NCBI GenBank assembly: GCA_048886685.1 | Contig: JBHLKM010000003.1 | Location: forward strand, 160,001 to 224,000 | Length of the DNA: 64,000 nucleotides | Source of the DNA: Candidatus Hodarchaeota archaeon | GTDB taxonomy: Archaea > Asgardarchaeota > Lokiarchaeia > Sigyniarchaeales > SOKP01 | Reading direction: 5' to 3' | Shown here: positions 59,630 through 64,000 of the stretch, one piece after another | Numbering within the stretch: position 1 is the stretch's first letter | Layout of the letters: the number at the start of each line of letters is the position of its first letter | Made by a program: the position numbers and the translations under genes | Notes under the pieces: model-generated | Told to the model about the DNA's origin: nothing | What the model saw: the letters and a program-made list of their open reading frames with translations, nothing else | Databases searched by the model: none

Positions 59630-61813
59630 TTACTTCAACATATGTCTCTTTTTTCTTATAATAGTGTATCCGATTCCGAGAATAGCTATTAATGATGCAG
59701 ATAAAACTGAGTAAACTGAATAACCTGGGATCAATGCTTTTTCACGCTCAGTTGGTGAGTATTTAATCAATTCATAATGCATGAAACCCCAATACCAGCT
59801 ATAATCCCAATCTTTATCGACGGCATGCCCAATCAGATCATTTGCTAGATATATCTGTGGATATTGATAGTTTTGAGCCCAATCACATAGTTTATTATAT
59901 GAATCCTGTTGTCCAGTACTGTTTTGAAACCACATTTTAGCTATTAATTCGTCGCAAGTTGTATTATAGTTAAAGCCCATATTCATAAATCCAGTGTATG
60001 GAAAAAATTGCCCGTCAGCCAAGCTATTACCTTTATAATAGGCTTGAATGTAAGCAAGAACGTTTACTCGGGTATAATACCATTTTATTGCAAATCCATC
60101 ACATGTAAACCAAGGAAATGACCAACTACCACCGGTCATTGAAGTATAAGTATCAGGGTCATTTTTGGTAAGCGTTATACCACATCCAATATCCTTAAGA
60201 CTGGTTGTCATCAAATCTTTAGTTTCTAGATGAGCATCATCATAACTATAATCAAAGTTATAAATAGGGTTGGTCTCTGCTATATAATTCCATTCTGCTG
60301 TCGAATTAGAAAGATCCAGCTCTCTATCAGCACATATTGGTCCCCAAAAATCATCATCGAGAAGGGCTTGGCGTGCTATGTCAAGATCATGATAAGCAAG
60401 TGGTATGGAGCTATTATAATATACATTGTTTTTTGGAAGCAATCCTCCACCACGCTCTACACGATCATCAAAAGCAACATGTACGTATGTGTCATAATCA
60501 AAAGCATAAGAAATCGCTTTCCTAAACGCTCGATTCACTCCCTCTGCGTTTATCGTGCCATCTGGATTCATTATTCCTGAACCCATGAATGGATACTGGA
60601 GACCTGGGTAAATGTTGTATGGAGCGCTATTCATGGGGATGTCTCCATCAGCAAAATACGTTTTCAACCATGTTTCGTTGATGCAATTTAAAATGATGTT
60701 TTCTCCATAATTTTCAAGACCCATAGGTATATATCTTATATCAGGGGCAGCAATCATATCCTCATAATTAATAGGTTCCCATGCACGGTCATAAGCCCAG
60801 TCAATTTCTCCAGCAACCATAGCAGTACTCCTTGCTTGATATCCATCTTCGCTGTGGGCAAATGTAGCTAGTGCAACATATGGAACCATATGCCAACCCC
60901 GAGCTTGTGAATCAGTAGCGTTCCACCAATCATCAAATCTATTCATTGTACCAATACCACTTCCAAGGTTATGACCTACAAACTGATACGGACCTGTACC
61001 TATCAGATGTCCAGTTTCGTATCCCTCCATAATAGTATCTTCATAGGCTTTATACGCCTCCATTGATATCATCCGTAATCCTACAGCTCCGCTGAGATAA
61101 CCTGGGCCAGTTCGCCAATCATTAAAAGAAATGTTTACCTTTCCTCCCGATTGTAGATTTTCTGTGATTGTCACACCTGCAATCCGGGGAAAGCGGCTAA
61201 CATAATCTCCAGAAGCCCCATATTCTGCATAAGTTGATGGCACTCCATCAAATTGCGTAACATTCCAACCGACTGTTTCATAATCTTCCCAATCAGCTAC
61301 TTTTAACCACCAAGTTGTTCTCACACTAATTAAACTTTGTGGAATAGACGAGGGGAGAATACCACTGATATTTCCTGTAATTCTCATAACTCTATCAATA
61401 TTCCATTTACATACTGTAGCATTCCAATCTGAGCCGTCATGGAATTTAACACCTGATCGAAGGGTTACCTCCATTGACTTTATTCCCGCATAATTCATAA
61501 AACCAGCAGCATTTATTTCATTCGGTCTATTTTCAAATTCCCAGCTTGTTGCAAGTACTGGGTCAAGTTCGCTATAGTCACCACTCCAACCATCTCGAGG
61601 TGAAAATAACGCTTCAATAGCGCTAAACATGTAATAATCACCAGTACTGGTCACAAAACAAGTTGGGTCCCAATTGGCTATGGGTCGTGCTCCACAAGCA
61701 CCCACAACAAAAAGAGGTATATCATCCTGAGCGTTTACTGTTATAGGTATGATTGGCAGTAACATAGAAGTAAGACAAAGAGTTAATATTAATCTTTTTG
61801 AATACTTTCTCAT
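59630..61813 (-). CDS. Peptide/nickel ABC transporter substrate-binding protein (family 5) with C-terminal membrane anchor
   Basis: Signal peptide, PVLATSW, LRSGVKFHDGS, IGTGPYQF, FRKAISYAFD; IPGY-TM-RKKR tail. Confidence 0.9.
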   Translation of the reverse strand: MRKYSKRLILTLCLTSMLLPIIPITVNAQDDIPLFVVGACGARPIANWDPTCFVTSTGDYYMFSAIEALFSPRDGWSGDYSELDPVLATSWEFENRPNEINAAGFMNYAGIKSMEVTLRSGVKFHDGSDWNATVCKWNIDRVMRITGNISGILPSSIPQSLISVRTTWWLKVADWEDYETVGWNVTQFDGVPSTYAEYGASGDYVSRFPRIAGVTITENLQSGGKVNISFNDWRTGPGYLSGAVGLRMISMEAYKAYEDTIMEGYETGHLIGTGPYQFVGHNLGSGIGTMNRFDDWWNATDSQARGWHMVPYVALATFAHSEDGYQARSTAMVAGEIDWAYDRAWEPINYEDMIAAPDIRYIPMGLENYGENIILNCINETWLKTYFADGDIPMNSAPYNIYPGLQYPFMGSGIMNPDGTINAEGVNRAFRKAISYAFDYDTYVHVAFDDRVERGGGLLPKNNVYYNSSIPLAYHDLDIARQALLDDDFWGPICADRELDLSNSTAEWNYIAETNPIYNFDYSYDDAHLETKDLMTTSLKDIGCGITLTKNDPDTYTSMTGGSWSFPWFTCDGFAIKWYYTRVNVLAYIQAYYKGNSLADGQFFPYTGFMNMGFNYNTTCDELIAKMWFQNSTGQQDSYNKLCDWAQNYQYPQIYLANDLIGHAVDKDWDYSWYWGFMHYELIKYSPTEREKALIPGYSVYSVLSASLIAILGIGYTIIRKKRHMLK

Positions 61814-62061
61814 ATTATTTATTCGCCTTATATAATTATTTTACACAAAATTTATTTTTCGATTTTTTTGTTAAAATTTAAATTTACTTCGTAAATTTAT
61901 TTAAAGGTTATGATTATAATATATTTAAACATTACTGAAAATGATCAGTATTTACCAAGAAACCATTAATTAAAAAAAATATAAAGAATTAAATCATAAC
62001 GAAGCGAAGAATTTAAGAAAATTAAAAAATTTTTAATTTAATCCTATAGAGATGAGAAAGG

Positions 62062-63129
62062 ATGGCTAAACCAAAAACAAATATGATAAAATATATCCTC
62101 AGACGGATATTAATGATGGTACCAATGCTGATTCTTGTTCTAACTTTTGCCTGGATTTTGTCGCATATGATGACTGTAAGCCCAGTTACCAATAAATTAA
62201 GTGGATTAGTCGAACCTGAATTCATCGAAGCAGAATTACAGAGAATTGGATATTATGATCCCTGGTATGTTCAACTTGGTGCCTATTATAAGAATTTTTT
62301 TACAGGAAATTGGGGTACTTCTTATGTAATTCGAGATGGTGAACCTGTACTCAAATTTGTTTTAGAAGTATTTCCAAAAACAATAGAATTAATGATAATT
62401 CCGATCATAATAAGTCCTATTATTGCAGTTAAGCTTGGATTATCATCCGCAGTCCATAAGGACAAATCAAGAGATCTTTTCATTAGAACTCTAGCAATTT
62501 TTGGAGCTGGATTTCCAGTGTTTTGGATTGCTACTTTGCTCCAGCTCTTCTTTGGTTATTATATAGATATATTTACATACGGACAGTTTGATTTACCCAT
62601 TATGTTCCAAAATCAACCTGGATTATCAGCTCCTGTACCAGATGGTGCATTTAGCACAGGATTTCGTATTATTGATAGTTTCATCTATAATGATCAAGAA
62701 TTTCTTTGGGATACAATATTACATTTATTTGTTCCAGCTCTTTGTTTAACTTTTGTTTCATTAGCTAGTGTTACAAGGCAAACCCGATCAAGTATGTTAG
62801 ACGTTTTAGATCAAGATTATATTAGAACTGCGCGGGCCAAAGGTGTTTTAGAAAAGGATGTTATAAATAAACATGCCCTTCGCAACGCTTTATTACCTAC
62901 CAGTAATCTTATTATAGGAGGGACCGCAACGGCATTGCTAGGATCTTTTTTTATAGAAGTAACTTTTACCTATAACGGTTTTGGATATTATATGGTGAAT
63001 TCTATATTCGCAGGGGATTATTTGGTTATTAACGGACTCTTAGTATTTGCAACTATAATACTTATTTCAGGAACATTAGTTGCAGATGTAATGTATACTA
63101 TTATTGATCCTAGAATAACATACAGATAA
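62062..63129 (+). CDS. Peptide ABC transporter permease (OppB/DppB-like)
   Basis: YILRRIL, GNWGTS, RSSMLDVLDQDYIRTARAKG (EAA loop), IDPRI. Confidence 0.93.
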   Translation: MAKPKTNMIKYILRRILMMVPMLILVLTFAWILSHMMTVSPVTNKLSGLVEPEFIEAELQRIGYYDPWYVQLGAYYKNFFTGNWGTSYVIRDGEPVLKFVLEVFPKTIELMIIPIIISPIIAVKLGLSSAVHKDKSRDLFIRTLAIFGAGFPVFWIATLLQLFFGYYIDIFTYGQFDLPIMFQNQPGLSAPVPDGAFSTGFRIIDSFIYNDQEFLWDTILHLFVPALCLTFVSLASVTRQTRSSMLDVLDQDYIRTARAKGVLEKDVINKHALRNALLPTSNLIIGGTATALLGSFFIEVTFTYNGFGYYMVNSIFAGDYLVINGLLVFATIILISGTLVADVMYTIIDPRITYR

Positions 63130-63147
63130 GATAAAATTGAGAGGGAG

Positions 63148-64000
63148 TTGAAAATTACAGAACAAGCTTTTATAGAGGATATAGCTAATAAGCAATCTAA
63201 ATCACTAACGAAAGAGAAATTTATTCGATTTTTAAGATTTTATTTAATTCCTGGTTGGCGAGATCCTGAATTTGCTTCTCAAGAATATGAATCAGAAAAA
63301 ATAAAATCTAAAAGGAGAATGTTTAGACGCCTTCTTAAACCTCTAACAATAACAGGATTCGTAATGATTATATTCATTTTAATATTAGCAGTATATGCTC
63401 CTTGGTTAACTCAATATAGCCTAGGTGAAATTATATCACCATATTATCCTCCCGAAGGAAATCCTTTTGATGATCCATCACCAGAACATCCGTTTGGGAC
63501 AACAAAGTATGGATATGATATTTTAGCAAGACTTATTTGGGGAAGTCGAACTACTGTCGTAATGGCATTAATCCCAGTAACCATTGCTATTGGAGGAGGT
63601 ATTCTCTTAGGGACAATAGCAGCATATTTTGGTGGAATGGTTGATTATGTTATGATGCGTTTTGTAGATTTAATGTATGCATTTCCGAATTTGATACTTG
63701 TCATCATACTTGTTCCTATATTGGGACAAGAATTATTAACTAGTCTTGTAATTTACGGAATTCTTTTTATACCATATAATATCAGGTTTATGCGATCACT
63801 TGTATTACAAGTAAAACAACTGGAATTTATTGAAGCAGCAAAAACGGGTGGTGCGCAAAAATTCAAAGTGATGTTTAAACATATTATACCAAATGCAATA
63901 TCTCCTATATTAATAGCTTTTTTTGGAGGTGCAGCAATTGCAATATTAGGGCTAGCAGGTCTAGCTTTTATAGGACTTGGAGATCCAACTGTTGCTAGCT
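63148..64000 (+). CDS. Peptide ABC transporter permease (OppC/DppC-like), 3'-partial
   Basis: Not in the ORF track; translates through HPFGTTKYGYDILARLIWGSR and EFIEAAKTGGA...FKHIIPN and runs off the window end. Confidence 0.9.
   Translation, partial: MKITEQAFIEDIANKQSKSLTKEKFIRFLRFYLIPGWRDPEFASQEYESEKIKSKRRMFRRLLKPLTITGFVMIIFILILAVYAPWLTQYSLGEIISPYYPPEGNPFDDPSPEHPFGTTKYGYDILARLIWGSRTTVVMALIPVTIAIGGGILLGTIAAYFGGMVDYVMMRFVDLMYAFPNLILVIILVPILGQELLTSLVIYGILFIPYNIRFMRSLVLQVKQLEFIEAAKTGGAQKFKVMFKHIIPNAISPILIAFFGGAAIAILGLAGLAFIGLGDPTVAS

Noticed and set aside
1-64000. CRISPR arrays, rRNA/tRNA genes, transposases, integrases, inteins
   Set aside because: None recognised by eye; rfcS and the RNAP subunits lack intein-sized insertions. 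Short in-frame BHB introns in other genes cannot be excluded without alignments.

Overview
AT-rich archaeal chromosomal segment, most likely from an Asgard archaeon (Lokiarchaeia-like). This is inferred from three Rab/Arf-like small GTPases with WDFGG motifs, a Sec23/24-like protein, an HMf-type histone, the 11-aa EF-1alpha insert, a UGA-containing Prx-like gene and an IPGY-TM-basic C-terminal sorting tail. Most of the window is housekeeping: pus10-rpl21e-rpo4-DUF655-ksgA-hemK; rpo1N-rpo1C-rpl30e-nusA-rps12-rps7; rpl44e-rps27e; TFS, RPA-like, PCNA-priL-priS-GINS; nop10-aIF2alpha; EF-1alpha; csl4-rpo11; enolase; rfcS; truA; aglB; uvrB; and a peptide ABC transporter. The top finding is that uvrB is interrupted by a 29-nt insert (55413-55441) that folds into a bulge-helix-bulge (BHB) motif. 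Cutting at the canonical endonuclease positions removes exactly 29 nt and restores the conserved YYQPEAY motif, so this is a candidate tRNA-type intron in a protein-coding DNA-repair mRNA. Also notable are a selenoprotein missed by the ORF track (UxxC Prx-like, with a 3'-UTR SECIS candidate), an HTH + ATP-cone + catalytically degenerate NrdD fusion, and an AglB with five Ig-like repeats. No tRNA, rRNA, CRISPR array or transposase was recognised. All calls come from reading motifs by eye; no searches were run.
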